This document shows, one piece after another, positions 17,745 through 26,599 of a stretch of 30,738 bases of DNA. This DNA is from a virus. Lineage: Duplodnaviria; Caudoviricetes. Position 1 is the stretch's first letter. Each line of letters starts with the position of its first letter. The DNA lies in the IMG/VR virus record IMGVR_UViG_3300017722_004285, positions 1 through 30,738 of that record; one strand, written 5' to 3'. The notes under the pieces were generated by a model that had not been told where the DNA came from, searched no databases, and saw only the letters and a list, made by a program, of their open reading frames with translations. A program made the translations under genes and the position numbers.

Positions 17745-18245
17745 ATGAGTAAGTTTTATTCTACTAAGACGTATGGTACTGATAGAGGATTAAGTTGTTG
17801 CTTTAGGCAATGGCGCGCCACTCATAGTCATTGCTCTACACTGCATGGTTACTCGATTGGTATTAAATTAGTATTCGGTTGTGATACGCTAGATGATAAG
17901 AACTGGGTAATGGACTTTGGCGGGCTTAAAGGGTTTAAGGCATGGGCAGATGATATGTTTGATCATACTCTGGTTGTTGCTAACGATGATCCAATGCTAC
18001 CGTTCTTTAAAGAAATGGCTACACAAGTTAACATGGGGTCGACTAATCCTGAAAGTAAAGTGCCTTACGAAAGAGGTGCTATTTGTGACTTACGAATCGT
18101 TGAAGGTGTTGGTTGTGAGATGTTTGCTAAGATGTGCTATGAGAAGATGACGGAAATTCTTTGTGAAGGCGGTAATAATCGCGTGTATGTAAAGAGTGCG
18201 GAAGTATTTGAGCATGCCGGTAACTCTGCTATATACGAGGTTTAA
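17745..18245 (+). CDS. queD: 6-carboxytetrahydropterin synthase QueD (variant)
   Basis: SHC..LHGY, WVMDFGGLK, FDH, GCE..A, V.E...NSA.Y T-fold motifs; last gene of the que cluster. Confidence 0.88.
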   Translation: MSKFYSTKTYGTDRGLSCCFRQWRATHSHCSTLHGYSIGIKLVFGCDTLDDKNWVMDFGGLKGFKAWADDMFDHTLVVANDDPMLPFFKEMATQVNMGSTNPESKVPYERGAICDLRIVEGVGCEMFAKMCYEKMTEILCEGGNNRVYVKSAEVFEHAGNSAIYEV

Positions 18246-18247
18246 TT

Positions 18248-19309
18248 TTGAGTAAGGTTGCTCTAGTTACAGATACCCACTTTGGGGCTAGATCGGATTC
18301 AATTCCTTTCGATAATTTCTTTAGGAGGTTTTACGATGAGACCTTTTTTCCTGAGATCGACAAGAGGGGAATTAAAACAATCTTTCATCTTGGTGATTGC
18401 TTTGATAGGCGTAAGTATATTAATTTTAATACTTTATCCTCTTGCCGTGATTATTTCTTTGATCAGGCGAAGTCAAGAGGAATAGAAATAGTAATGATTG
18501 TAGGTAATCATGATACCTTTTTTAAGAACACCAACAGTGTCAATTCTCCGAACCTACTTCTCCAAGATTACGATAACATCGTGGCTTATTCTAGCCCTGT
18601 CGATTATTCTATTGACGGTACATCTATACTTTTAATGCCATGGATATGTACTGATAATTATAATGAGTGTATGGATGTTATGAAGACAAGTAAGTCTCAG
18701 GTGATGTTTGGTCACTTTGAGATTGCTGGTTTCCAGATGTATAAAGGACATGAGAACGATGAAGGATTTGATCCTAAAATATTTGAAAAATTCGACATGG
18801 TTTGTTCTGGCCACTTTCACCACCGTAGTAGTAATGGCAACATTAACTATCTTGGAAATCCTTATGAGCTTACCTGGGCGGATTTCGAAGACCCTAGAGG
18901 CTTTCATATATTCGACACCAGTAAGAGATCGTTGGAATTTATTCAAAACCCGTTTTCGATCTTTTCGAAGGTATACTATGACGATGAGAAAGTAGATCCT
19001 TCTACTATTGATGTAAGCCAGTACGCCAACCAGCACATTAAATTAATAGTAGTTAATAAGAAAGACTATTATAAGTTCGATCAGTTTATTGAGAGATTGT
19101 ATAAGGTTAACCCATTAGAATTAAAAATTATTGAGGACTTATCTGAGTTTGAAGCCGATGCAATGGGTGATCAAGAGATCGATCTAGAAGATACTGTTAC
19201 CTTATTGTCACAATACGTTGATAGCTTAGATACAGAGGCAGATAAGGATCGCATTAAAACGCTAATGAAGACATTATATGTTGAAGCGCAAAATTACGAA
19301 GAAGAATGA
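18248..19309 (+). CDS. gp47: recombination endonuclease subunit gp47 (Mre11/SbcD-like)
   Basis: TDTHFGAR, HLGD.FDRRK, GNHD..FKNT, GHFE, SGHFH, YLG.PY..TW.D..D.RGFH.FD. TTG start. Confidence 0.96.
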   Translation: MSKVALVTDTHFGARSDSIPFDNFFRRFYDETFFPEIDKRGIKTIFHLGDCFDRRKYINFNTLSSCRDYFFDQAKSRGIEIVMIVGNHDTFFKNTNSVNSPNLLLQDYDNIVAYSSPVDYSIDGTSILLMPWICTDNYNECMDVMKTSKSQVMFGHFEIAGFQMYKGHENDEGFDPKIFEKFDMVCSGHFHHRSSNGNINYLGNPYELTWADFEDPRGFHIFDTSKRSLEFIQNPFSIFSKVYYDDEKVDPSTIDVSQYANQHIKLIVVNKKDYYKFDQFIERLYKVNPLELKIIEDLSEFEADAMGDQEIDLEDTVTLLSQYVDSLDTEADKDRIKTLMKTLYVEAQNYEEE

Positions 19310-21018
19310 TTAAATTTAAGACTATAAGATGGCAGAACTTTCTATCAACTGGCGCCCAACCCACAGAAGTTAGATTTGATAAATCACCTACAACGTTAAT
19401 TATAGGTGAGAATGGTGCGGGTAAATCTACTATTCTAGATGCGCTGTGCTTTGCCCTCTTTAATAAGCCATTCCGTAATATCAATAAGCCTCAGCTAGTT
19501 AATACCATTAATGGTAAGAATATGTTGGTAGAGGTAGAGTTCTCTATTGGCAGTAAGGAGTATAAGATATGCCGTGGGGGTAAGCCAACGGTATTCGAGA
19601 TCCATCTTAATGGTGAGTTGTTGAACCAGGATGCAGCCGCTAGAGACTATCAGAAGTATTTGGAAGAGCATGTACTTAAGTTAAACTATAAATCGTTTAC
19701 TCAGATCGTTATTCTGGGCTCTGCCTCCTTTACCCCTTTCATGCAACTACCTGCCTCCCACAGACGAGAGGTGATTGAGGATCTATTAGATATTAAGATC
19801 TTTACTGTAATGAATACGGTACTGAAGGATAAGGCTAACGATGTTAAGGTTAAGTTAGTCGATCTTGAAAATAAGATTGACCTTGGTAAGTCTAAGGTAA
19901 GGATCCAGCAGGACTATATTAAGACGCTTGAAGAGGATAAGCAAAAGAAGGTTGAAGATGTACAAAAGCGAATAGCTGAATCGAATGTAGAGATTACACA
20001 GCTTCAAGGTAGTGTTGAAGAAGTAAATAACGGGGTGAGTCTACTTCAATCCAGTATTACAGACAATAAAGAGAAGCGTACTAAACGTATAGAGTTGGCG
20101 GCGCTACTCACAAAGTTATCCGAGCGAATTAAGACACAGGAAAAGCATGTATCGTTTTATGACGAGCATGATGTATGTCCGACATGTAACCAAGCCTTAG
20201 AGATAGACGTCAAAGAGAATGCAAAGGCAGCTCACACTCATAAAATTAGTGAGATTGAAACTGCAGTTCAAACCCTGACTGAGCAACTTGATGCTATCGA
20301 GACAAGACTTGAAGAGATTACTCTTATTGAAGAAAAAATTGCCGATCATAAAAGTAATATCATAAGCCTTAATACTAAAATCATTGCTAACCAGAACTAT
20401 GTACAGAAACTCAACCAAGACATCCCTACTACTGGAGCGGATGTATCTAAGCTTGCTGAAGAGCAGTCCAAACTTAAGGCAATTGCGAAAGAAGTGGTCC
20501 TTCATTCGGAGGCAAAAAGTACATTGGTCGAAGAAAGGCATTACCTTGAAATTGCCTCCTTACTCCTCAAAGATACAGGCATTAAGACTAAGATCATTAA
20601 ACAATACTTACCGGTCATAAACAAACTGGTCAATAAGTATTTACAGGCGATGGACTTTTTTGTATCTTTTGAACTAGATGAATCGTTTAACGAAACTATT
20701 AAATCTAGACATCGAGATGAGTTTAGTTATGCCTCTTTTAGTGAGGGTGAAAAGGCTAAGATTGACCTAGCGCTATTGTTTACCTGGCGTACGATTGCTA
20801 GAATGAAGAACTCAGCCTCTACCAATCTATTGATGCTAGATGAGGTATTTGATGGGTCGCTAGATATTAATGGTACTGATAATGTTATGACCATACTAAA
20901 TACTTTAGGAGATGAATCTAATATATTCATTATCAGTCATAAGGATGCTTTATTTGATAAGTTCCGATCTGTCATTCGATTTGAAAAGCATCAGAACTTC
21001 AGCAGGATTGCAAAATGA
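19306..21018 (+). CDS. gp46: recombination ATPase subunit gp46 (Rad50/SbcC-like)
   Basis: NFLSTG, GENGAGKST, CPTC hook, FSEGEK signature, LDEVFD, ISH. Confidence 0.97.
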   Translation: MIKFKTIRWQNFLSTGAQPTEVRFDKSPTTLIIGENGAGKSTILDALCFALFNKPFRNINKPQLVNTINGKNMLVEVEFSIGSKEYKICRGGKPTVFEIHLNGELLNQDAAARDYQKYLEEHVLKLNYKSFTQIVILGSASFTPFMQLPASHRREVIEDLLDIKIFTVMNTVLKDKANDVKVKLVDLENKIDLGKSKVRIQQDYIKTLEEDKQKKVEDVQKRIAESNVEITQLQGSVEEVNNGVSLLQSSITDNKEKRTKRIELAALLTKLSERIKTQEKHVSFYDEHDVCPTCNQALEIDVKENAKAAHTHKISEIETAVQTLTEQLDAIETRLEEITLIEEKIADHKSNIISLNTKIIANQNYVQKLNQDIPTTGADVSKLAEEQSKLKAIAKEVVLHSEAKSTLVEERHYLEIASLLLKDTGIKTKIIKQYLPVINKLVNKYLQAMDFFVSFELDESFNETIKSRHRDEFSYASFSEGEKAKIDLALLFTWRTIARMKNSASTNLLMLDEVFDGSLDINGTDNVMTILNTLGDESNIFIISHKDALFDKFRSVIRFEKHQNFSRIAK

Positions 21019-21929
21019 TATTGGTGACCGGGGGAGCAGGTTTTATTGGAAGCAACTTTGTTAAGTTACTTTGTAACAAACACAAAGAAGTCGTCGTAGT
21101 AGATAATTTAACATATGCATCTAATTATGAATATATAAAAAATCAACCTATACAATTTGTTAAGTGCGATATTACCGATAAAATATCGCTTGATAAGGTC
21201 TTTAAACAATATAAAATAGATACCATATTTCATTTCGCTGCTGAGAGCCATGTAGACAATTCTATAAAAGATTGTATGCCTTTTGTATATACTAATATAG
21301 TTGGTACAATTAATCTTTTAGACATGGTAATTAAATACAAAGTATCTGATTTTATTCAGGTATCAACGGATGAGGTATTTGGTAGTATCGATACAGGGTA
21401 TTTTAATGAATATTCTCAAATACAGCCTCGAAACCCTTATTCAGCTTCTAAAGCATCAGCAGAACACTTTGTTAATGCGTATGCAAATACTTACGGGCTA
21501 AATACTATTATTGTTAATAGCTCTAATAACTACGGTCCAAATCAATATAGAGAAAAATTAATTCCTATGATGATTATAAAACTTTTAAACGGAGACCAGG
21601 TTCCTGTATACGGGGATGGAAAACAGATTAGAGATTGGATATATGTTGATGATACCTGTAAAGCTATCTATCAAGTATACCTTAAAGGTCAAAAAGGCGA
21701 AAGATATTGCATTGGTGCCGACAGTGAGGTAGCTAATATTGATATAGTTAAGATGGTTATTAACAAACTAGGCATGTCAGAAGATAAAATTAAATTTGTA
21801 GAAGATAGACCGGGGCATGATACAAGATATGCTACAAACATAAGTAAAATGGTTAAATTAGGTTGGAGACCAGCCGTATCGTTATCAGATGGGCTTAATA
21901 GAACTATACAATGGATACAAAATAAATAA
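21015..21929 (+). CDS. rmlB: dTDP-glucose 4,6-dehydratase
   Basis: LVTGGAGFIGSNF, D.LTYA, HFAAESHVDNSI, STDEV, PYSASKA, NNYGP.Q..EKLIP, DRPGHD.RY. Confidence 0.93.
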   Translation: MILVTGGAGFIGSNFVKLLCNKHKEVVVVDNLTYASNYEYIKNQPIQFVKCDITDKISLDKVFKQYKIDTIFHFAAESHVDNSIKDCMPFVYTNIVGTINLLDMVIKYKVSDFIQVSTDEVFGSIDTGYFNEYSQIQPRNPYSASKASAEHFVNAYANTYGLNTIIVNSSNNYGPNQYREKLIPMMIIKLLNGDQVPVYGDGKQIRDWIYVDDTCKAIYQVYLKGQKGERYCIGADSEVANIDIVKMVINKLGMSEDKIKFVEDRPGHDTRYATNISKMVKLGWRPAVSLSDGLNRTIQWIQNK

Positions 21930-21940
21930 CAAGGAAAAAA

Positions 21941-22213
21941 ATGTCGACTATTCCTAAAGAATATCTTACCTCTGAATGGGATTTTGGTTTTACCGCGGTA
22001 GATGAGGAAACAGTATCATCCCCTATCGTAACCAATGTTACCACAACAGCTGAAGAACAACTCAGGGCTAAATTGTTAGAAGTAGAGAAATTAATTATTC
22101 CATTAATGGTTAACCTAATGAAGGATCCTGATAAAGAATATATTCATTGGCCTAACCGTACCCCGCTTATACAAAAACAAGTAGATAAAATTTTATCTAT
22201 TACAAGAGGGTAA
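21941..22213 (+). CDS. conserved T4-like hypothetical protein
   Basis: DFGFTAVDE and L.K.PDKEYI.WPNR motifs that I recall from aquatic T4-like phages; AAGGA SD. Confidence 0.75.
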   Translation: MSTIPKEYLTSEWDFGFTAVDEETVSSPIVTNVTTTAEEQLRAKLLEVEKLIIPLMVNLMKDPDKEYIHWPNRTPLIQKQVDKILSITRG

Positions 22214-22214
22214 G

Positions 22215-23036
22215 ATGGATTTTATCCCTTTAGAGGACCTGTTCGTATTAAGGTCTGTAGAAATTAACCCCACAGAATTATGTAATCTTAAGTGTGAGTT
22301 TTGCCCCAGGTCTCAAGGCTACCCGAATCTAAATGATCATATGTCTGAAGAAACGATCATTAAGGCTTTTCAAGAGACATCTAAGGTTGCAAAAAAGTAT
22401 CAGAAAAAAATTACATTTGTTATTACAGGTAGAGGCGAGCCTGCTCTCTGTAAGAACTATAAATTCTTACTTACGGTAGCTGCAGATTATCAAAAAGATG
22501 GTTATATTGACATATTAGTTAATACAAACGGGTATAAGTTTGATGAGTTCTTACCCCTATATGAAAAACTGTATCGAGTCTTATTTAATGTTTACTATAA
22601 TTATTCTGATGAAGAATTTAAAGAGTTTAAACAAAAATACAAAGGATTCCCGTCTATAAGAGTCTATAGAAGAACTGTAGGGCAGGAATCAATACCTATA
22701 TTTTTTAGTAATCGGGCAGGTGCGATAAAGACTCCTTTAACCAGCGGGGTTGTTAAGGGTACATGTGAGAAGCCTCTCACGCATGTATTCATAGATTGGA
22801 ATGGAGACTATAATTTATGTTGTAATGATTGGGGAAAAAATCTAGTACTTGGTAATATACACACTACCGGGATAGAAGAATTTTATTTCGGAAAAACTAT
22901 TACCGCATACAAGACGCCTTTGTTTTTTGGAGACAGAAAATCCCTACAACCCTGCCGAGTATGTAGTGCCAAGGTAACTAATTCAGTGTCAAACTTAATT
23001 ACTAATTATCCAGAGAAACTTACCCGTAAAATATGA
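22215..23036 (+). CDS. radical SAM protein with SPASM/twitch domain
   Basis: CNLKCEFC, GRGEP, TNG, NRAG, C..P...IDWNG...LCCNDW, LGNI, C..C. Confidence 0.88.
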   Translation: MDFIPLEDLFVLRSVEINPTELCNLKCEFCPRSQGYPNLNDHMSEETIIKAFQETSKVAKKYQKKITFVITGRGEPALCKNYKFLLTVAADYQKDGYIDILVNTNGYKFDEFLPLYEKLYRVLFNVYYNYSDEEFKEFKQKYKGFPSIRVYRRTVGQESIPIFFSNRAGAIKTPLTSGVVKGTCEKPLTHVFIDWNGDYNLCCNDWGKNLVLGNIHTTGIEEFYFGKTITAYKTPLFFGDRKSLQPCRVCSAKVTNSVSNLITNYPEKLTRKI

Positions 23037-23479
23037 GACAAGAATATCTTGGTGATACAGATGTAAAAAATTGTTTGATGGATATTATTCGTCAAATGTA
23101 TATTGATGGATTCAAGCCTGATGTTGTGGTGGGCTTGGTAAGGGGGGGATCAGTTCCAGCTAATCTTATAAGCCAGTTTCTAGATATCCCCTGCTACATG
23201 GTAAATAAAGATGAAGATACTCATGTTTTACCAGATGGTAAAAATATACTAGTTATTGACGATATAAACGATACGGGTAAGGCATTGACTGAAGTAAGTA
23301 ATTATCTTACTTTTAATTATGAAGCTAATTTCAAATATGCCACCTTAATCAGCAATATGGGTTCAACATTTGAGGTGGATTACTTCTCAATCGATATTAA
23401 TAAATTAGAAGAAGATATTTGGATAGTATTCCCATGGGAGAACTGGTGGATGTCTAGCCCTGATGGCGATCTTTATTAA
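23033..23479 (+). CDS. type I phosphoribosyltransferase (xanthine/guanine PRT-like)
   Basis: VGLVRGG.VPA, LVIDDINDTG PRPP-binding motif, WIVFPWE C-terminus as in Gpt. Confidence 0.9.
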   Translation: MRQEYLGDTDVKNCLMDIIRQMYIDGFKPDVVVGLVRGGSVPANLISQFLDIPCYMVNKDEDTHVLPDGKNILVIDDINDTGKALTEVSNYLTFNYEANFKYATLISNMGSTFEVDYFSIDINKLEEDIWIVFPWENWWMSSPDGDLY

Positions 23480-23990
23480 AAAAATAAAGACCTGCTTCAG
23501 TAGAATAATAGTCTCGCCCCAAGGAGTACCCTGTTGGTACATCTAAGCGAGACTTTACTCTTTTCTCTTTATCTGATCTTGGGTCATGCACCCAGTAGTA
23601 TTCTTTAGTATGAGAATTACCTAATTTTTTCTCAGACATAGCTAGCTTGGTTTCTGGGCTATGAGTTTTTCCCTTAAAGTTAGATCGACCTTTTAAAGCA
23701 GTTGAGATTTTTTGTCTGGTTGCTTCATCTCTAGGTTTTCCTATTTTAGAGTCGGATATCTTTTTACGACTTTCTTCTGAAAAAGTAACCTTTTCTTTTT
23801 GAAAGTCATGGTCTACAGTAAACCCTGGGTTCGATCTAAGGAGCTTAGTAGATATGATTTCAAAAGCATCTTTATCTTTAATAGAGATTAACACCTCATA
23901 CCTATATCCATACTTGCTTTTAATCTTACTCACAGGTAGATCGGAAGCAATAATTTTCTTATCGGAATAAAAGCAGTAGAAATGTATCAT
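23454..23990 (-). CDS. NUMOD3-repeat DNA-binding protein (homing-endonuclease related)
   Basis: SEESRKKISDSKIG, DEATRQKIS..LKG and HSPETK..MSE.K.G repeats; C-terminal P.GY.LGR. Confidence 0.8.
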   Translation of the reverse strand: MIHFYCFYSDKKIIASDLPVSKIKSKYGYRYEVLISIKDKDAFEIISTKLLRSNPGFTVDHDFQKEKVTFSEESRKKISDSKIGKPRDEATRQKISTALKGRSNFKGKTHSPETKLAMSEKKLGNSHTKEYYWVHDPRSDKEKRVKSRLDVPTGYSLGRDYYSTEAGLYFFNKDRHQG

Positions 23991-23995
23991 AGGAA

Positions 23996-24003
23996 TATTT
24001 ATT
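23996..24003 (-). promoter_or_regulatory. late promoter variant AATAAATA
   Basis: TATTTATT on the + strand, 5 nt upstream of the NUMOD3 ATG. Confidence 0.5.
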
Positions 24004-24013
24004 ATACCTAAGT

Positions 24014-24454
24014 TTAATCATCCGTAAATTTAGGACTTTGACCTGGTAAGAACTCTTCACTATTATTTACCCAACTTCTTTCCGGTCTTCTGACGCTTGG
24101 TCTAAATGCAGGGGTAACAGCAGAAGATTCAAAGGAGGTAGTAATACTTTGTGATACAGGAACAAGACCACCGTTGTTAGCCCCATTTAATTTCTCTTGA
24201 GTACGACCCCAGGCAGACAATCCTAGTACGGCACCCATGGCGATATGGAATAAGCCTGCACCTTGCAAGGTTAATGGGTTCCATTGTGTAATAGCGGTGT
24301 GGGTGGCAGTTTGTAATACACTCCATAGTATGGGGAAAATTATCATATCCATCATACAAACCACCATATACATCCAACCCATCATCGGACGCCATTTAGC
24401 ATTCATCCAGTCTTCTTTTTTTATTTCGCTTTCGCTTTTGATTTCTTCGGGCAT
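24014..24454 (-). CDS. membrane protein, GTA-type 3TM holin-like
   Basis: WRP.MGW.Y, hydrophobic helices, LG..AWGRT.EK motif; AGGAG SD. Confidence 0.65.
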   Translation of the reverse strand: MPEEIKSESEIKKEDWMNAKWRPMMGWMYMVVCMMDMIIFPILWSVLQTATHTAITQWNPLTLQGAGLFHIAMGAVLGLSAWGRTQEKLNGANNGGLVPVSQSITTSFESSAVTPAFRPSVRRPERSWVNNSEEFLPGQSPKFTDD

Positions 24455-24476
24455 AATTCTCTCCTATTATCGGGTT

Positions 24477-24974
24477 TTATCTTCCACAGCTTCTTGAAGT
24501 CTGGCAATAATTTATAAGTTCGTATATACCCCAACCTGCACCTGCAATAATTACAATGCTTAAAATAATTGCAAGAGTTAGTTCTATTGCTTCATCAATT
24601 TCTGCTTTACGCTTAGCCGCTGCCGCCTTGGCTTTTCTTACATCATGGGCAGCTTCAACATCCATTTGGGCACTTCTTGCTTTAATCTTATTCCACACGT
24701 CTACCTTACCGCATGTCATGAACAACATCTGTAGCTCGCGCTCAAACTGTTCGGCTTGCATAATCGCCATCTCTATCTCTATGGCCGTTCCCATGCTGGA
24801 CTTGTTCCCGCTACTCTTAGCCTGTACGACTGCTTTCGTTGCATTACTCTTAGCATCAAAATACTTTCCAAGTACCGGGCCCAGTGATGCTACGTCGTCA
24901 ACTGTTTTTGATACCTTCTTTACTAGTGCTACGGCTGACTGTATCGCCGCGAGTGCTGTTAGTGGATCTATCAT
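24477..24974 (-). CDS. helical protein with C-terminal TM anchor (MIDPLT family)
   Basis: Amphipathic N-terminal helices, coiled coil, TM segment LTLAIILSIVIIAGAGWGIY. Confidence 0.75.
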   Translation of the reverse strand: MIDPLTALAAIQSAVALVKKVSKTVDDVASLGPVLGKYFDAKSNATKAVVQAKSSGNKSSMGTAIEIEMAIMQAEQFERELQMLFMTCGKVDVWNKIKARSAQMDVEAAHDVRKAKAAAAKRKAEIDEAIELTLAIILSIVIIAGAGWGIYELINYCQTSRSCGR

Positions 24975-24979
24975 TTGTT

Positions 24980-25195
24980 TTATTCCTGTCTACATATTTC
25001 TTTGTGAAGCCGTTGTGAGCAATCTTTTTTAACCCATTCCAAGCAGTATACTTTTCGCTCAAACACATCACCCGTCCATCCCCAACGCACGCACCTCTTT
25101 CCATCGTCTAGTTTATCTTTATTTTGACTTGCTGCTGATAATGTAATAGTCAGTAGTAAAACTACTAACCATTTTAAATTGGTAACCATAGCCAA
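24980..25195 (-). CDS. small secreted Cys-containing protein
   Basis: Signal-peptide-like N-terminus, four Cys; first gene after the minus-strand late promoter. Confidence 0.65.
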   Translation of the reverse strand: MAMVTNLKWLVVLLLTITLSAASQNKDKLDDGKRCVRWGWTGDVFERKVYCLEWVKKDCSQRLHKEICRQE

Positions 25196-25245
25196 ATTCC
25201 TTGAATCTTGTTCTTTTTTCAGCTTTTAAATGACTGGGTATCGTA

Positions 25246-25253
25246 TATTTATA
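25246..25253 (-). promoter_or_regulatory. T4-type late promoter TATAAATA (minus strand)
   Basis: TATTTATA on the + strand, upstream of the minus-strand gene block. Confidence 0.8.
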
Positions 25254-25260
25254 TAAACTA

Positions 25261-25301
25261 GTAACGTAACAGTTGCATGTTCGTTCGCCCGAGTATATAA
25301 T
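25261..25301 (+). promoter_or_regulatory. early sigma70-type promoter TTGCAT-N17-TATAAT with upstream GTAAC repeats
   Basis: -35 at 25273-25278, -10 at 25296-25301, AAGGAG SD downstream. Confidence 0.8.
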
Positions 25302-25324
25302 AGGGCATAATTTAAGGAGATGAG

Positions 25325-25621
25325 ATGAGAGAAGGTTACGGTGTTTGCCCTGTATGTAACGGTACCGGTCGCCAAGCTGCTTCAGAAGAAATGAAGAAGT
25401 ACGCCAATGTAATTGCAGGTTACGATACAAGTAACGATACGGTTGCATGTAATAATTGTGGTGGTCAGGGAATGTATGGTAGACCAACCGGAGAAGTTCC
25501 TCTTCGCCCAGATGGTACTCCTTGTAAGCATGAGTACAAGGGAGTAAGTAAAGGAAATTGCTATACCGTTTACACCTGTATTCACTGCAGTCACCGTTAC
25601 GACATAGACTCTGGTGGCTAA
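25325..25621 (+). CDS. DnaJ-type zinc-finger protein
   Basis: CPVCNGTG and CNNCGGQG repeats, plus a second C.H..C..C..C cluster. Confidence 0.78.
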   Translation: MREGYGVCPVCNGTGRQAASEEMKKYANVIAGYDTSNDTVACNNCGGQGMYGRPTGEVPLRPDGTPCKHEYKGVSKGNCYTVYTCIHCSHRYDIDSGG

Positions 25622-25670
25622 CGTAACGATTTACGTAACGCTTGCCGTAACGACCAAAATCGCCTATAAT
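25622..25670 (+). promoter_or_regulatory. early sigma70-type promoter TTGCCG-N17-TATAAT with three CGTAACG repeats
   Basis: -35 at 25642-25647, -10 at 25665-25670; CGTAACG at 25622, 25634 and 25646. Confidence 0.8.
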
Positions 25671-25695
25671 AGATACATCTAAAGGAGATAACGAA

Positions 25696-25923
25696 ATGCA
25701 AGATTATTTTAAAGCCAAGTTTACATGGGATTATGATGATAAGCGTATGCGTTACGATGTAACCGAGTGGGATGCTCCTATCAATGGAACTCGTATTGGT
25801 AAGCTAGTGTTCTTCTCCGACGTAAAAGAAGAAGTAATTGCAATGGCTGAAGAGTATAATTATAATTACGAAGGTGAAGAGTGGGCTTTGTTTAACAATC
25901 AAGAATGTGAGTTTGACGTATGA
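25696..25923 (+). CDS. hypothetical early protein
   Basis: AAGGAG SD; acidic 75-aa ORF coupled to the next gene. Confidence 0.75.
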   Translation: MQDYFKAKFTWDYDDKRMRYDVTEWDAPINGTRIGKLVFFSDVKEEVIAMAEEYNYNYEGEEWALFNNQECEFDV

Positions 25924-26273
25924 AATTGCTTTTAACAACCCAGTACAGAGAAAACTATGGTGCCCATGATTGGGATGGGGAAGGTGAGTGCCCACAGTAT
26001 TGGAAATTTAAGGGTGGGAATGAGATTATTGTGGAAGTTCCAGGCTTTCGTTTTGACGAAGAGTTTTCTGGTAAGAAAGCACAAATGATTGTTGACTCAA
26101 TGCGTGATAAGATTGAGTATAAGTCAGATTATGCTGAAGAGTATATTGTTGGTTGTGACTTTGTGGAAGATGACTTTATGTCTGAATTTGAGAAATCACA
26201 GCTAGAGTATGATGGTAAGATTGCCTATCCTGCCAAGCGAATTAATTACGATGAATTTATGGAGGTAGCATAA
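25920..26273 (+). CDS. conserved phage hypothetical protein (TQYRENYGAHDWDGEGECPQYWKFKGG family)
   Basis: N-terminal motif I recognise from T4-like phages; coupled ORF. Confidence 0.8.
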   Translation: MKLLLTTQYRENYGAHDWDGEGECPQYWKFKGGNEIIVEVPGFRFDEEFSGKKAQMIVDSMRDKIEYKSDYAEEYIVGCDFVEDDFMSEFEKSQLEYDGKIAYPAKRINYDEFMEVA

Positions 26274-26599
26274 TGAGTAAGTCCTATAATTGGGATGAAC
26301 GGTATAAAATGACCGAACAGGCTAAAGAACTATATGGGTTTAAGAATTCTATCTGGTCAATCTACGAAATTGAATCCTTTAATGATACTTCATTAGTTCC
26401 TTCAGGATCAAAATTAACTTCTTACTATTCAGGTAAGGATATTTTTGTTACTGTAGAAGGGTCGACATGGCTTGACCTATGGAAGGCTACCGATAAACTT
26501 ATTGGTCTAACTAAAGATCTACATGGTGATCATGTATTCATTGAGCAGTATTCTAGATCTAAAATCGAAAATTTTTATGAGGTGTCCCTTGGAAGCTAA
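26273..26599 (+). CDS. hypothetical protein
   Basis: GGAGGT SD, TAATG coupling; TW.DLW.A.D and HVFIE motifs. Confidence 0.75.
   Translation: MSKSYNWDERYKMTEQAKELYGFKNSIWSIYEIESFNDTSLVPSGSKLTSYYSGKDIFVTVEGSTWLDLWKATDKLIGLTKDLHGDHVFIEQYSRSKIENFYEVSLGS

Noticed and set aside
25622-25652. CRISPR-like or iteron array from the CGTAACG repeats
   Set aside because: The repeats are 7 bp with 5-bp gaps and are tied to promoters; far too short for CRISPR, and no cas genes are present.
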